64,000 bases of DNA from Clostridiaceae bacterium (GTDB lineage: Bacteria > Bacillota > Clostridia > Saccharofermentanales > DTU023). Below the pieces are notes generated by a model, which saw only the letters and a program-made list of their open reading frames with translations, searched no databases and was not told the DNA's origin. Position 1 is the stretch's first letter; every line of letters starts with the position of its first letter. Position numbers and translations under genes: made by a program. This document shows, in pieces, positions 1-9,499 of the stretch. The stretch covers positions 65,663 through 129,662 of the forward strand of contig DUVN01000014.1 in NCBI GenBank assembly GCA_012841015.1. The letters run 5' to 3'.

Positions 1-37
1 AAAAAGTTGCCGTCATACACCGTAGCAAGTAAAAGAG

Positions 38-856
38 ATGTTGAAGAATAGCAAACTGAAAACTAAATTAGCGTGGCAAAGAGCTGCCTTTCTTGTGGCA
101 TGTCTGCTTGCCTTGAGTTCTGTCGCGTGCGTATCGCCTTTGAACGAACGTGGCGATCCGACAACAATTGCGCTCGTCGAAACGTCATCAAGCATGTCTG
201 CTAGTACACTTTCGACCTCGTCTAGTTTGTGCGCAGAATCGATTAGTACGGCTGAAAGTGAGTTGTCGGTCGCAAGCGGAACGACGGATGACACTTCGTA
301 TAGCACAGCGCCGTCCTCGACAGAACATCAGCCTACGTCGAGCCGTGTTGCTCGGACATCGACGAGCCGGACCGCTTCAACGACGACATCTACAAGGCGC
401 TCGACAACGAAGACGGCAAAATCAACCTCAACAAAACAGTCGACAACGAAGACGACAGCTTCCAACAAGGTCACGGTTACCTTTATCGTCGAATGTCGCA
501 ACGCCGTCCAGCGCAAACATGAATTTCCCGGTCTTGAGGATAAAATTGATTACATGATAGAGAAAAAACTGTGCTCTCCTAACGGTAACATGCTTAAAAA
601 AACAGCTACGTTTCCACGGGGCACGACGGTGTATGATGCTTTGCTTTCTTTACCTTTAAATGTCACAGTCAGCACATTCAATCCTGGCTATATTGCTGCG
701 ATAGGAGGACTTGCTGAAAAAGAAGCGGGATCTTACAGCGGGTGGGTCTTTCTAATCAACGGCGTCTTTTCAATGAAAGGGAGTACTCAATGCGTTCTGA
801 AAAATGGCGATGTCATACACTGGGGTTACACGATACAGAAAGGTGACGTTAAATAG
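38..856 (+). CDS. Exported (lipoprotein-like) DUF4430-domain protein, possible substrate-capture partner of the ECF transporter
   Basis: N-terminal signal with Cys (LALSSVAC), a long Ser/Thr-rich linker, and a C-terminal GWVFLINGV...LKNGDVIHWGY motif typical of DUF4430/transcobalamin-like domains. It sits directly upstream of the ECF genes. Confidence 0.6.
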   Translation: MLKNSKLKTKLAWQRAAFLVACLLALSSVACVSPLNERGDPTTIALVETSSSMSASTLSTSSSLCAESISTAESELSVASGTTDDTSYSTAPSSTEHQPTSSRVARTSTSRTASTTTSTRRSTTKTAKSTSTKQSTTKTTASNKVTVTFIVECRNAVQRKHEFPGLEDKIDYMIEKKLCSPNGNMLKKTATFPRGTTVYDALLSLPLNVTVSTFNPGYIAAIGGLAEKEAGSYSGWVFLINGVFSMKGSTQCVLKNGDVIHWGYTIQKGDVK

Positions 857-889
857 CGACAAATCTCAGGAAAAGGAGATATTTGACTG

Positions 890-1858
890 TTGACTCTAAA
901 ACGTTATCATCCGGTTGTTATCTTCCTCTATTTTGCTGCTGTCCTTTTGGTGACGATGCTTGTCCAGCACCCTGTTATCGCAGGTATCTCTTTTTTCTTT
1001 GCTGTCCTTTTGAAATGGCGTGTGGTGGGCGTTGTAAAAACATTGAAGTCGTTGTGGCACCTACTACCGATGTTGGCCATCATTACTTGTATCAACGCCC
1101 TTGTAAATGATAGCGGCATGACGGTACTGTTCACGATTGGCCGCAGGTCGTTCTCTTTGGAAGCACTGTTGTACGGACTAGTCGCCGGATTGACGCTCCT
1201 TGCAGTTATTTTGTGGTTTTCAAGTTACAGCGATTTGATGGAAAACGGTCGTTTTCTCGCAATGCTGGGGAGGCGATTACCTGTGATCAGCATGATGGTG
1301 TCCATGATCTTTCGGTATATCCCCGATACGCTTCAGCATGGACGTGAGATCGACATGAGCCAGCGTGCGCTTCTCGGCTCTGACGATCGTCATCGGAAAA
1401 CAAAAGTTGCGCGCGCCATTCGCTTAGTATCGATTCTTATGGCATGGAGTATGGAAAACGCCATCGAAACGGCCGACTCGATGAGAGCTAAGGGATATCA
1501 GGCGCAATGTCGTAGACCTTATGCGCGAGTTCGTTGGACACTACGCGATGTGATGTCGCTTTTACTCATTGTATTATTGAGTGTTCTTGCGGTGATCGGA
1601 GTTGCGATGGGCGGTGCAGCATTTCTTTTTTACCCTGAGTGGTTCATACCCGCTCGCGCTCTTGCGGGCGGACGTCTTTACATTCTCGCAGGGGCCTTTG
1701 TAGCGTTGGGTGGACTTCCTTTTCTGCTTGATGTAGAACAATGGCTTCGTGACTTCGCAAGCCATAGACGACGTCCTTCCTCTTGCAAGATCAGCCCCTT
1801 TGTCGCTGCTATGTTACCTTGTTGTGGCAGTGCTAGCCAGCGGCAACAGTTGCCTTGA
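890..1858 (+). CDS. ecfT: ECF transporter transmembrane (T) component, EcfT/CbiQ family
   Basis: Polytopic membrane ORF between the DUF4430 gene and the ECF ATPase. TTG start preceded by AAAGGAG (872-878). Confidence 0.7.
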   Translation: MTLKRYHPVVIFLYFAAVLLVTMLVQHPVIAGISFFFAVLLKWRVVGVVKTLKSLWHLLPMLAIITCINALVNDSGMTVLFTIGRRSFSLEALLYGLVAGLTLLAVILWFSSYSDLMENGRFLAMLGRRLPVISMMVSMIFRYIPDTLQHGREIDMSQRALLGSDDRHRKTKVARAIRLVSILMAWSMENAIETADSMRAKGYQAQCRRPYARVRWTLRDVMSLLLIVLLSVLAVIGVAMGGAAFLFYPEWFIPARALAGGRLYILAGAFVALGGLPFLLDVEQWLRDFASHRRRPSSCKISPFVAAMLPCCGSASQRQQLP

Positions 1859-1887
1859 GAGATGATCGATCGAAGGGGGGGTGAATC

Positions 1888-3630
1888 ATGACGAAGACGC
1901 ATGTACGGTCAGGCGGCATTGAGATACGTGGATTCAGCTTCCGTTATCCTAGGAGTGAGACGAAAGCGCTTGATGATGTCTCTTTCTCTGTCATGCCCGG
2001 TTCTTTCACGATCGTTGCAGGCCCGAGTGGAAGTGGCAAGACGACGCTCTTAAGGTGTTTGAAACCTGAACTTACACCACATGGAGAAATTGAAGGTGTT
2101 ATTAGCTTTGTAGACAGTGCCTCTGCTAGCAGACCCACACATCAATCATTTCACGATATCGCTTTCGTTATGCAGAATCCGGCAAACCAGATCGTCTTAG
2201 ATGTCGTCTGGCACGAGTTGGCTTTCGGCCTTGAGAACATGGGGTTATCGCCTGAATTGATCGAGCGCCGTATTGCGGAGACGGCTCACTTTTTTGGGAT
2301 ATCAAGTTGGATTCACAAGAAGGTCAGTGAACTGTCGGGAGGAGAAAAGCAAATACTTAACCTTGCCTCAGCCTTGATCATGCATCCACGCCTTCTCATT
2401 CTCGATGAGCCGACATCTCAACTCGATCCCATCGCGCTCAAGCAATTCCTCACGATGTTACAGCGAGTTCATCAGGAGATTGGCACGACGATTATCTTAT
2501 CAGAGCACAGGATGGGCGATGTGTTTCCGATGGCAAGCGACGTGCTATACCTCGAGGAGGGCAGAGTATCCTTTTACGGGTCACCAAACGACTTTGCTGT
2601 CTATCTTCTAGGCTACGATAAACCGTTCAAACGTTCATTGCCTGCCGCTACACGAATTGTCTGGAATGCCTGCAAAGTACTTGATGGATCGAGTATGGAG
2701 ATGAACAAGGAGAGTAATAAAGTGCTGCCGCTCAATGTGCAACAAGCAAGAGAACAGCTCTCCAACATCTCGACATCATTACAACAGCACATCAGCGCGA
2801 CGGAGGCACTCGGTACAAAGATGCGCCGAGATCAATGCTCTGCGTCATCCGTGAAAAAGTGCACAAAGCCAATCCTCCAAGCAAAGCGACTTTGGTTTCG
2901 CTACAAGAGCGATGCGCCTTTTGTGTTAGAAGAGGCGAATATCGACCTCTATCGCGGCACCATTCATGCGCTCATCGGAGGTAACGGGAGCGGAAAAAGT
3001 ACGTTGCTCTATCTGCTCGCAGGTGTGCTGAAGTCGCAGCGCGGAAAAGTCTCGCGCGTTTCTGATGTCAAAGTCAGCCTTCTCACTCAGAACCCGCAGG
3101 CTGTTTTTACACGCGATACGCTCTTTGATGACTTGATGGAACATCGCGCGCTCGGAGATTACGATGAGCAGCGCGTATTGGACATCGCAGAAAGTTTAGG
3201 ATTACGTCATCTTTTAGATCGTCACCCTTACGATTTGAGTGGAGGCGAAATGCAAAAGGGGGCTCTTGCTAAAATCTTGCTCTTAGAGCCTGATGTCCTT
3301 TTACTTGATGAGCCGGTCAAGGGGCTCGATGCCGTGAATAAGCATGAGATCGCGGGGATTTTTAAGCGACTTCGCGACAAGGGCATAAGCATACTTATTG
3401 TCACGCACGATCTCGAAATCTCTGCAAACATCGTTGACGAGTGTTCACTTATCTTTGACGGTCGTATTGTGGCAAACGGGGAGACGACGTCGTTTTTTCA
3501 AGATAATGCTTTCTACACAACCGATACCTTCCGCGTAACGCGCGGAATCGTGAAACCTGTTGTGACAATGGACGCATTTGACAGAATGCTCGGTGTCACG
3601 CGTGAGGAGCAAGGCGATGACCACGGATAA
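1888..3630 (+). CDS. ECF transporter ATPase, fused tandem ABC domains (EcfA1-EcfA2 type)
   Basis: Two Walker A motifs (GPSGSGKTT, GGNGSGKST), two LSGGE/LSGGEMQ signatures and two Walker B motifs (LILDEP, LLLDEP) in 580 aa. Confidence 0.9.
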   Translation: MTKTHVRSGGIEIRGFSFRYPRSETKALDDVSFSVMPGSFTIVAGPSGSGKTTLLRCLKPELTPHGEIEGVISFVDSASASRPTHQSFHDIAFVMQNPANQIVLDVVWHELAFGLENMGLSPELIERRIAETAHFFGISSWIHKKVSELSGGEKQILNLASALIMHPRLLILDEPTSQLDPIALKQFLTMLQRVHQEIGTTIILSEHRMGDVFPMASDVLYLEEGRVSFYGSPNDFAVYLLGYDKPFKRSLPAATRIVWNACKVLDGSSMEMNKESNKVLPLNVQQAREQLSNISTSLQQHISATEALGTKMRRDQCSASSVKKCTKPILQAKRLWFRYKSDAPFVLEEANIDLYRGTIHALIGGNGSGKSTLLYLLAGVLKSQRGKVSRVSDVKVSLLTQNPQAVFTRDTLFDDLMEHRALGDYDEQRVLDIAESLGLRHLLDRHPYDLSGGEMQKGALAKILLLEPDVLLLDEPVKGLDAVNKHEIAGIFKRLRDKGISILIVTHDLEISANIVDECSLIFDGRIVANGETTSFFQDNAFYTTDTFRVTRGIVKPVVTMDAFDRMLGVTREEQGDDHG

Positions 3631-4330
3631 ACGCTCAATCAACAGGGGCAGAATCGTCGAGGTTGCCACGCTCATCGCTTTGCCTGTGTTTATGTTTTTG
3701 TGTGCCTATTACGAGATTGAGCAGACGGCTCTCGTGACGTTGCTGGCGGCGATTTTTGCCAACATTCCATTCTTCATCAATTTTGAAAAATCGCGCCCAA
3801 AGCCACGCCATATTCTGCCCATCGTGATTATGTCGGCTCTTGCGACGGTAGGAAGGATCCTTTTTGCCCCCATTCCACATGTGAAACCCGTCTCTTCGAT
3901 CGTGATTGTGACGGGAATTGTTTTCGGAAGACAAAGCGGTTATTTGACAGGGGCACTGACTGCGCTTGCATCCAACATGTTTATGGGGCAGGGACCTTGG
4001 ACGCCTTGGCAGATGTTCGCATGGGGGCTGATCGGCTTCCTGGCGGGTGTGATGGAAAGCGTCGGTTTGTTTCGACATCGGTGGGTCGTTTATGTCTACG
4101 GTTTTGCCTCTGGTCTTTTGTTCGGACTGATCATGGATTCATGGCATATCATCAGTTTTATCTCGCCTTTGACGTGGACAGGCGCAATCGCAGCATACGG
4201 GGCAGGTTTCTTTTTCAACCTAGCTCACGCGATTGCCACGGTCGTCTTTCTCGTTCCTATCCTGAAACCGTGGACAAAGAAGCTCACGCGCATCAAACTT
4301 AAATTCGATCTCGATCATTCAGTTGAGTGA
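3617..4330 (+). CDS. ECF transporter substrate-specific (S) component-like membrane protein
   Basis: About six hydrophobic helices in a small integral membrane protein immediately after the ECF ATPase. ATG 3617 is preceded by GAGGAG (3604-3609); the track ORF begins at 3578. Confidence 0.6.
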   Translation: MTTDKRSINRGRIVEVATLIALPVFMFLCAYYEIEQTALVTLLAAIFANIPFFINFEKSRPKPRHILPIVIMSALATVGRILFAPIPHVKPVSSIVIVTGIVFGRQSGYLTGALTALASNMFMGQGPWTPWQMFAWGLIGFLAGVMESVGLFRHRWVVYVYGFASGLLFGLIMDSWHIISFISPLTWTGAIAAYGAGFFFNLAHAIATVVFLVPILKPWTKKLTRIKLKFDLDHSVE

Positions 4331-4521
4331 TCCATGTTGCTGTTGTTGTTACAAAAGCTAAGCGGAAAGGCAGAGGGTTCATTTTTTATTCGGTTAACGT
4401 TTTAGATGAGTTGTTATCGTGCTTAATCACGATAATTCGTATCCAGTGAATCTTCTCGTATGTTACTATTATTAATAGATAACGAATCAAAACGAATCTT
4501 GCTTTTTCTGGGGAGGTTAAT

Positions 4522-5631
4522 ATGAAAAAAACACCATTATATCAGCGCCATATCGACCTTGGTGCTCGTATGGTCGAGTATGCCGGCTGGAACATGCCTG
4601 TGCAGTACACCGGCATTCGTGAGGAAGTTTTGGCTGTTCGCAACAAAGTAGGTATGTTCGACGTTTCGCACATGGGTGAAATCCGCGTATACGGTCAAGG
4701 TGCCGGCGAGTTTCTCAACTGGCTGATGACACGTCGTATCACTGGCAAAAAGCCTGATCAGATCACTTACACCATCCTTTGCGCTGCTGACGGAGGCACA
4801 GTCGACGATCTGCTCGTCTACACTTTAGATGAAGAAGATTATCTGCTCGTCGTCAACGCGGCCAACAAGGATAAGGACGTCGTCCACATCGAAGCCAGTC
4901 TTCCGGTCTATGGGGAGAAATATCCCGACCGCGACATTTCTGATATCAAGATCGTCGATGAATCAGATCTCTACGGTCAAATTGCTGTTCAGGGGCCTGA
5001 GAGTCTCGCAGTTCTTCTCGACCTTTCCGAAAAACTCGGTCTGACGGAAGAACAGCGTGCACAGCTTGAAGGACTTAGGCGTTTCCGCGATATGTCGGTT
5101 CCGATCGAAGGTGAAGAACTCCCCATGATCATCTCACGTACAGGTTACACAGGAGAAAATGGCTTCGAACTGTACATTCCTGTTGACAAGACGGTCTACT
5201 ACTGGGACGTCCTCGTGGAGGCCGGTATTGAGCCATGCGGTCTCGGTTCGCGCGATACGCTCCGCCTCGAAGCCGGTTTGCCATTGTACGGTCATGAAAT
5301 GTCGCCGACGATCAATCCGTTAGAGGGCGGCATGGGATTCTTTGTCGATCTTAAGCATGAATTCCAGGGAGATGTCATGAAAGACAACGTAACTCGTCGT
5401 CAACTGGCGCTTGTCAGTGACACGAAAATGATCCCGCGCGAAGGCTATGAAGTCTATCTTGAAGGAGAGAAAATCGGTGTCATCTCATCCGGCACGTTTT
5501 CTCCCGTACTCGAAAAAGGTATTGCATTCGCGCTCGTTGACGTTGAGACGCCGGAAGTGGAAGCTGTCGAAGTTTTTATCCGCAAGAAGATGCAGCCGTT
5601 CACGGTCGTCAAACCGCCATTTGTTGGTTAG
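4522..5631 (+). CDS. gcvT: Glycine cleavage system aminomethyltransferase (T protein)
   Basis: MKKTPLYQRHIDLGARMVEYAGWNMPVQY... is a canonical GcvT N-terminus; full length of 369 aa; RBS GGGGAGG. Confidence 0.95.
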   Translation: MKKTPLYQRHIDLGARMVEYAGWNMPVQYTGIREEVLAVRNKVGMFDVSHMGEIRVYGQGAGEFLNWLMTRRITGKKPDQITYTILCAADGGTVDDLLVYTLDEEDYLLVVNAANKDKDVVHIEASLPVYGEKYPDRDISDIKIVDESDLYGQIAVQGPESLAVLLDLSEKLGLTEEQRAQLEGLRRFRDMSVPIEGEELPMIISRTGYTGENGFELYIPVDKTVYYWDVLVEAGIEPCGLGSRDTLRLEAGLPLYGHEMSPTINPLEGGMGFFVDLKHEFQGDVMKDNVTRRQLALVSDTKMIPREGYEVYLEGEKIGVISSGTFSPVLEKGIAFALVDVETPEVEAVEVFIRKKMQPFTVVKPPFVG

Positions 5632-5806
5632 TTGAACATAGGCAAGTTTGCTGATATGCTCGGCTGTTGTCCCTAAGCAGCTAGGCGCAGCAACAATAGG
5701 TATCTGGGCAAGGCTCTTTAATGAGCGTGCCATGAAACAACCGGTTGAAATGATTTTGCCTTTAACCGGTATACAAATGAAACACAAACAGGAAGGAATC
5801 AGAACT

Positions 5807-6169
5807 ATGAAATTTTCCAAAACACATGAGTGGATTAAAGTTGATGGAAACGTCGCAACGATCGGGCTGACCGATTATGCGCAGGATCAGTTGGGCGAGA
5901 TCGTTTACGCGGAAGCTGAGCCGGAGGGAACTGTCGTTGAACTCGAAGGCATCATCGGAACTGTTGAATCCGTCAAGGCGGCATCCGACCTCTACTCGCC
6001 GATCAGCGGTGAAATCATCGAGTCGAACGAAGAGATCGAGGATGCTCCAGAAATGATCAATGAAGCACCGTGGGACACTTGGTTTGTCAAAATTGAGATA
6101 GCGGATCCCTCTGAGCTTGACGCACTCCTCGACGAAGACGCTTATAAAGCATTCTGTGAGGAGGAGTAA
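5807..6169 (+). CDS. gcvH: Glycine cleavage system H protein (lipoyl carrier)
   Basis: MKFSKTHEWIKVDG...VESVKAASDLYSPISGE contains the lipoyl-lysine motif. ATG 5807 has RBS GGAAGGA (5791-5797); the upstream part of the track ORF is unlikely to be translated. Confidence 0.95.
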   Translation: MKFSKTHEWIKVDGNVATIGLTDYAQDQLGEIVYAEAEPEGTVVELEGIIGTVESVKAASDLYSPISGEIIESNEEIEDAPEMINEAPWDTWFVKIEIADPSELDALLDEDAYKAFCEEE

Positions 6170-6171
6170 TC

Positions 6172-7521
6172 ATGATCGGCTATCTCCCGATGGGCCGTGA
6201 GGAACGCCGACGGATGCTGGCATCCGTCGGCGTTGACCTCGACAAACTGTTCGACATGATTCCTGAATGCGACAGGTGTATGGTGGATGAGTATGAAGCT
6301 CTTCCTGACAAAGGCATGAAGGAAATGGAAGTCGTCGAACACGTTCAGGCGTTAGCTGACAAGAATTTGAATACCGTGAAATATGACTGCTATCTCGGCG
6401 CAGGTTATTACGACCATTACCAGCCTTCAGCCGTCAAGCACATTATTAACAGATCCGAGTTCCTGACATCGTATACGCCTTATCAAGCGGAGATCTCGCA
6501 AGGTACGCTTCAGGCTTATTTCGAATGGCAAAGCTACATCACGCGCCTGACAGGACTTCCTATCGCGAATGCGGGACTCTACGACGCGGCATCAGGTGCC
6601 GCCGAGGCTGTGCTTCTCGCATGCCGCGATAAACGCCGCTATAAAGTTTTCGTATCGGGTGGAATACATCCCGAAACACTCGAGACTGTTCAGACGTATT
6701 GTCATGCTGCAGGTATTGAAGTCGTCATTGGTGATGTAGACGAAAATGGTCAGCAGACTGTCTACCCCGACAAGAAAAATGAATTTGCTTGTTTTATGAT
6801 TCAGAGTCCGAATTATTTCGGTATTGTCGAAGATCTCGATTTGTTAGTAGCGAAAGCACACGCAGTAAACGCGTTGGCAGTCGTCTCTGCCGATCCTGTC
6901 AGTTTAGCGATGTTGAAACGTCCCGGTGATGCCGGTGTCGATGTTGCGATCGGTGAGGCTCAATCGCTCGGAATCCCGACGTCGTACGGTGGTCCCGGCA
7001 TCGGGTATATGGCTGTGACGAAAAAACTGATGCGCAAGATGCCTGGTAGGATCTGCGGACAAACGGTTGATCGTGACGGGAAAACGTGTTATGTCTTGAC
7101 CATTCAGGCTCGTGAACAGCATATACGCCGCGAGCGCGCGACGTCGAATATCTGTACATCGCAGGCGCTGATCGCGACGGCAGCCACAATTTGGCTTGCC
7201 TTACAAGGCGGATCGGGATTGTTGGATGTTGCCGAGCAGTCGGCGGCGAAAGCGATCTATCTAGAAAAGAAATTGACCGCAAGCGGCTACTTCAAGCTCG
7301 TCTATGACAAACCATACTTCCGTGAATTCCTGATTGAGGCGAAAGATGGTGTCGATCTCGAGAAGCTTAACAAAGCGCTCCTCGAAGAGAATATCATCGG
7401 TGGACTCATCGTCGACGGCAACAAGCTCTTGATCGCCGTGACAGAGAAGAAGACAAAGGATCAGCTAGACCGCTATGCGGAAGCGATGCTTCGTCTTTGT
7501 GACGCACAGGGAGGGAAATGA
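6172..7521 (+). CDS. gcvPA: Glycine dehydrogenase (decarboxylating) subunit 1
   Basis: 449 aa with typical GcvPA sequence (YTPYQAEISQGTLQ), in gcv operon context. Confidence 0.95.
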   Translation: MIGYLPMGREERRRMLASVGVDLDKLFDMIPECDRCMVDEYEALPDKGMKEMEVVEHVQALADKNLNTVKYDCYLGAGYYDHYQPSAVKHIINRSEFLTSYTPYQAEISQGTLQAYFEWQSYITRLTGLPIANAGLYDAASGAAEAVLLACRDKRRYKVFVSGGIHPETLETVQTYCHAAGIEVVIGDVDENGQQTVYPDKKNEFACFMIQSPNYFGIVEDLDLLVAKAHAVNALAVVSADPVSLAMLKRPGDAGVDVAIGEAQSLGIPTSYGGPGIGYMAVTKKLMRKMPGRICGQTVDRDGKTCYVLTIQAREQHIRRERATSNICTSQALIATAATIWLALQGGSGLLDVAEQSAAKAIYLEKKLTASGYFKLVYDKPYFREFLIEAKDGVDLEKLNKALLEENIIGGLIVDGNKLLIAVTEKKTKDQLDRYAEAMLRLCDAQGGK

Positions 7522-7523
7522 TT

Positions 7524-8978
7524 ATGTCAAGATATAAAGATACACCACTCATTTTTGAACTCGCGACTTGCCACGAAGGTAGCCGCTATATCCGTCCTTT
7601 AGACGTCCCTAAACCCGACTTTGCCGAGTGGTTCGGCGATGCTTATCGTGAAGGGAAACCGAATATCCCTGACGTTGATGAGGTTTCTGTTGTACGCCAC
7701 TTCACAAATCTTTCGGCGAAAAACTATCACGTCGAAGTTGGAACGTATCCGCTCGGATCCTGCACGATGAAGTACAATCCGAAAGTCAATGAGGATATGG
7801 CTGCCCTAACGGGTTTTGCGGCGACTCATCCCATGCAGCCGGACGAAACGGTACAAGGGAACCTTGAGATGCTCTATCACCTCGAGAAGCTGCTGAACGA
7901 CGTGACGGGTATGACCGCCCACACGTTCCAACCCGCGGCGGGCGCTCACGGTGAGTTTGCCGGTATTCTCTTGATCAAGGCGTACCATGAAGATCGAGGC
8001 GACATGAAGCGCGATACGATCATCGTCCCCGATGCTGCCCACGGAACGAACCCCGCAACGGCGGCGATGGCCGGTTACAAAGTCCGCGAAGTCAAATCGA
8101 ACGAGTACGGCACTGTCGATCTAGAATCATTGGAAGCGGCGCTCGGTGACGACGTCGCCGGATTGATGTTGACGAATCCGAACACGCTCGGTCTTTACGA
8201 TGGCAACATCGAAAAGATTACGAGCATGATCCATGAATGTGGCGGACTTTGCTATTACGACGGCGCCAATATGAACGCGATCATGATGCATGCCCGCCCC
8301 GGCGACATGGGATTCGACTGTGTTCACTGGAATGTCCATAAGACGCTCTCAACTCCTCACGGCGGCGGCGGTCCTGGAGCTGGCCCTGTTGGCTGTAACA
8401 AATTGCTCGAACCCTATCTGCCGAGACCGATCGTTGCGAAAAAGGATGATATGTATTATCTCGACTATGATCGCCCGAAATCTTTCGGCATGATCAGGTC
8501 TTTTGTCGGTACATTTGGCGTCCTTGTGCGCACATACGCATACATGCTGACGAACGGTGCTGAAGGTCTCTACGAAGTATCGGAAGGTGCCGTTGCGAAT
8601 TCGACCTATCTCCGCGAGAGATTGAAGGATTACTACCACATCCCGTATGACACGCCGTCGATGCATGAGTTTGTCATGACAAGTGAATGGCAGAAGAAGG
8701 AAAGCGGTTGCAATACACTTGACATCGTCAAGCGTCTGATCGATTACGGATTCCATCCGCCGACCGTGTACTTCCCGCTTGTCGTCTCTGAGGCGATCAT
8801 GATCGAACCGACTGAGACAGAGACGTGGCGTGACCTCGACGCTCTCGCCGACGCATTCATCAAGATTGCAGAAGAGGCGAAGGAAGATCCTGAACTTCTC
8901 AAGGGAGCACCACGCTACACCCCGATTGCAAGACCCGACGAGACAGCCGCAGCCAGAGATCCGATCTTGGCAGGCTAA
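7524..8978 (+). CDS. gcvPB: Glycine dehydrogenase (decarboxylating) subunit 2
   Basis: Typical GcvPB sequence (GSCTMKYNPK, HWNVHKTLSTPHGGGGPG with the PLP lysine). ATG 7524 has better spacing to GGGAGGG (7509-7515) than ATG 7518. Confidence 0.93.
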   Translation: MSRYKDTPLIFELATCHEGSRYIRPLDVPKPDFAEWFGDAYREGKPNIPDVDEVSVVRHFTNLSAKNYHVEVGTYPLGSCTMKYNPKVNEDMAALTGFAATHPMQPDETVQGNLEMLYHLEKLLNDVTGMTAHTFQPAAGAHGEFAGILLIKAYHEDRGDMKRDTIIVPDAAHGTNPATAAMAGYKVREVKSNEYGTVDLESLEAALGDDVAGLMLTNPNTLGLYDGNIEKITSMIHECGGLCYYDGANMNAIMMHARPGDMGFDCVHWNVHKTLSTPHGGGGPGAGPVGCNKLLEPYLPRPIVAKKDDMYYLDYDRPKSFGMIRSFVGTFGVLVRTYAYMLTNGAEGLYEVSEGAVANSTYLRERLKDYYHIPYDTPSMHEFVMTSEWQKKESGCNTLDIVKRLIDYGFHPPTVYFPLVVSEAIMIEPTETETWRDLDALADAFIKIAEEAKEDPELLKGAPRYTPIARPDETAAARDPILAG

Positions 8979-9085
8979 TTTAACTAACGTATTATAGCTG
9001 GCCTGCCACTGTCAGAAATCCTGCTCTTGGCAGGCCAACGCATTGTAGTGATCCTGCCGCAGCCAGAAACAATAATTCAAGTGGA

Positions 9086-9380
9086 TTGTGGCCAAAAATT
9101 CCGATTTGGGTACCAATTTCTTACCGAAAACGTTATTTTTGACCAGATGCGGGGGATTTTGGCCAAAATTTACACTTTGAGCAGAGAATTTCTGCCTAAA
9201 GCGTTATTTTTGACCATTTTTGAGCGCTCCTCACTCGGTTGTGGTCAAAATTTCCGCTTTGGGTATTGATTTCTTGCCTAAAATGTCATTTTTGACCATT
9301 TTCGCATGGTTTCTGGCAGATTGTGGTCAAAATTTCCGCTTTGGGTATTGATTTCTTGCCTAAAGCGTTATTTTTGACCA
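9086..9380 (+). repeat. Four tandem copies of a 60-nt hairpin-forming intergenic repeat
   Basis: Copies at 9086-9145, 9157-9216, 9239-9298 and 9321-9380. The consensus is TTGTGGTCAAAATTTCCGCTTTGGGTATTGATTTCTTGCCTAAAGCGTTATTTTTGACCA. Start-to-start distances are 71, 82 and 82 bp. Ends GGTCAAAAT/ATTTTTGACC and inner arms CTTTGGG/CCTAAAG are complementary. Confidence 0.9.
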
Positions 9381-9402
9381 ACTTAGCGCACTAAGTGTTT
9401 TT
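9381..9402 (+). terminator. Weak rho-independent terminator candidate after the gcv operon and repeat array
   Basis: ACTTAG-cgca-CTAAGT stem-loop followed by GTTTTT. Confidence 0.4.
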
Positions 9403-9499
9403 ATAGGAGTCTATAAACTAGGATAACCTTAAAGTGTAAGTATTTCGGTGTTACAGGCCAATACATTTTAATAGGCTAATAGAAGAATGCTATGTGGAG

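Noticed and set aside
150-557. 135-aa + strand ORF in an alternative frame
   Set aside because: It overlaps the Ser/Thr-rich linker of the DUF4430 gene. Its Arg/Gln-rich product is the frame-shifted reading of a repetitive ACG/TCG-rich segment.
4331-4521. Expected glycine riboswitch upstream of gcvT
   Set aside because: I read the 190-nt leader on the + strand and could not find the conserved glycine aptamer cores (GGAGAG...CACCGAAGGGGCAA type). The region is AT-rich and unstructured, so no riboswitch is claimed.
9086-9380. CRISPR array interpretation of the tandem hairpin repeats
   Set aside because: The repeat (60 nt) is much longer than the intervening segments (11-22 nt), and those segments are partly similar to each other and to the linker at the second locus. 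This is an 82-bp tandem unit, not a repeat-spacer system.
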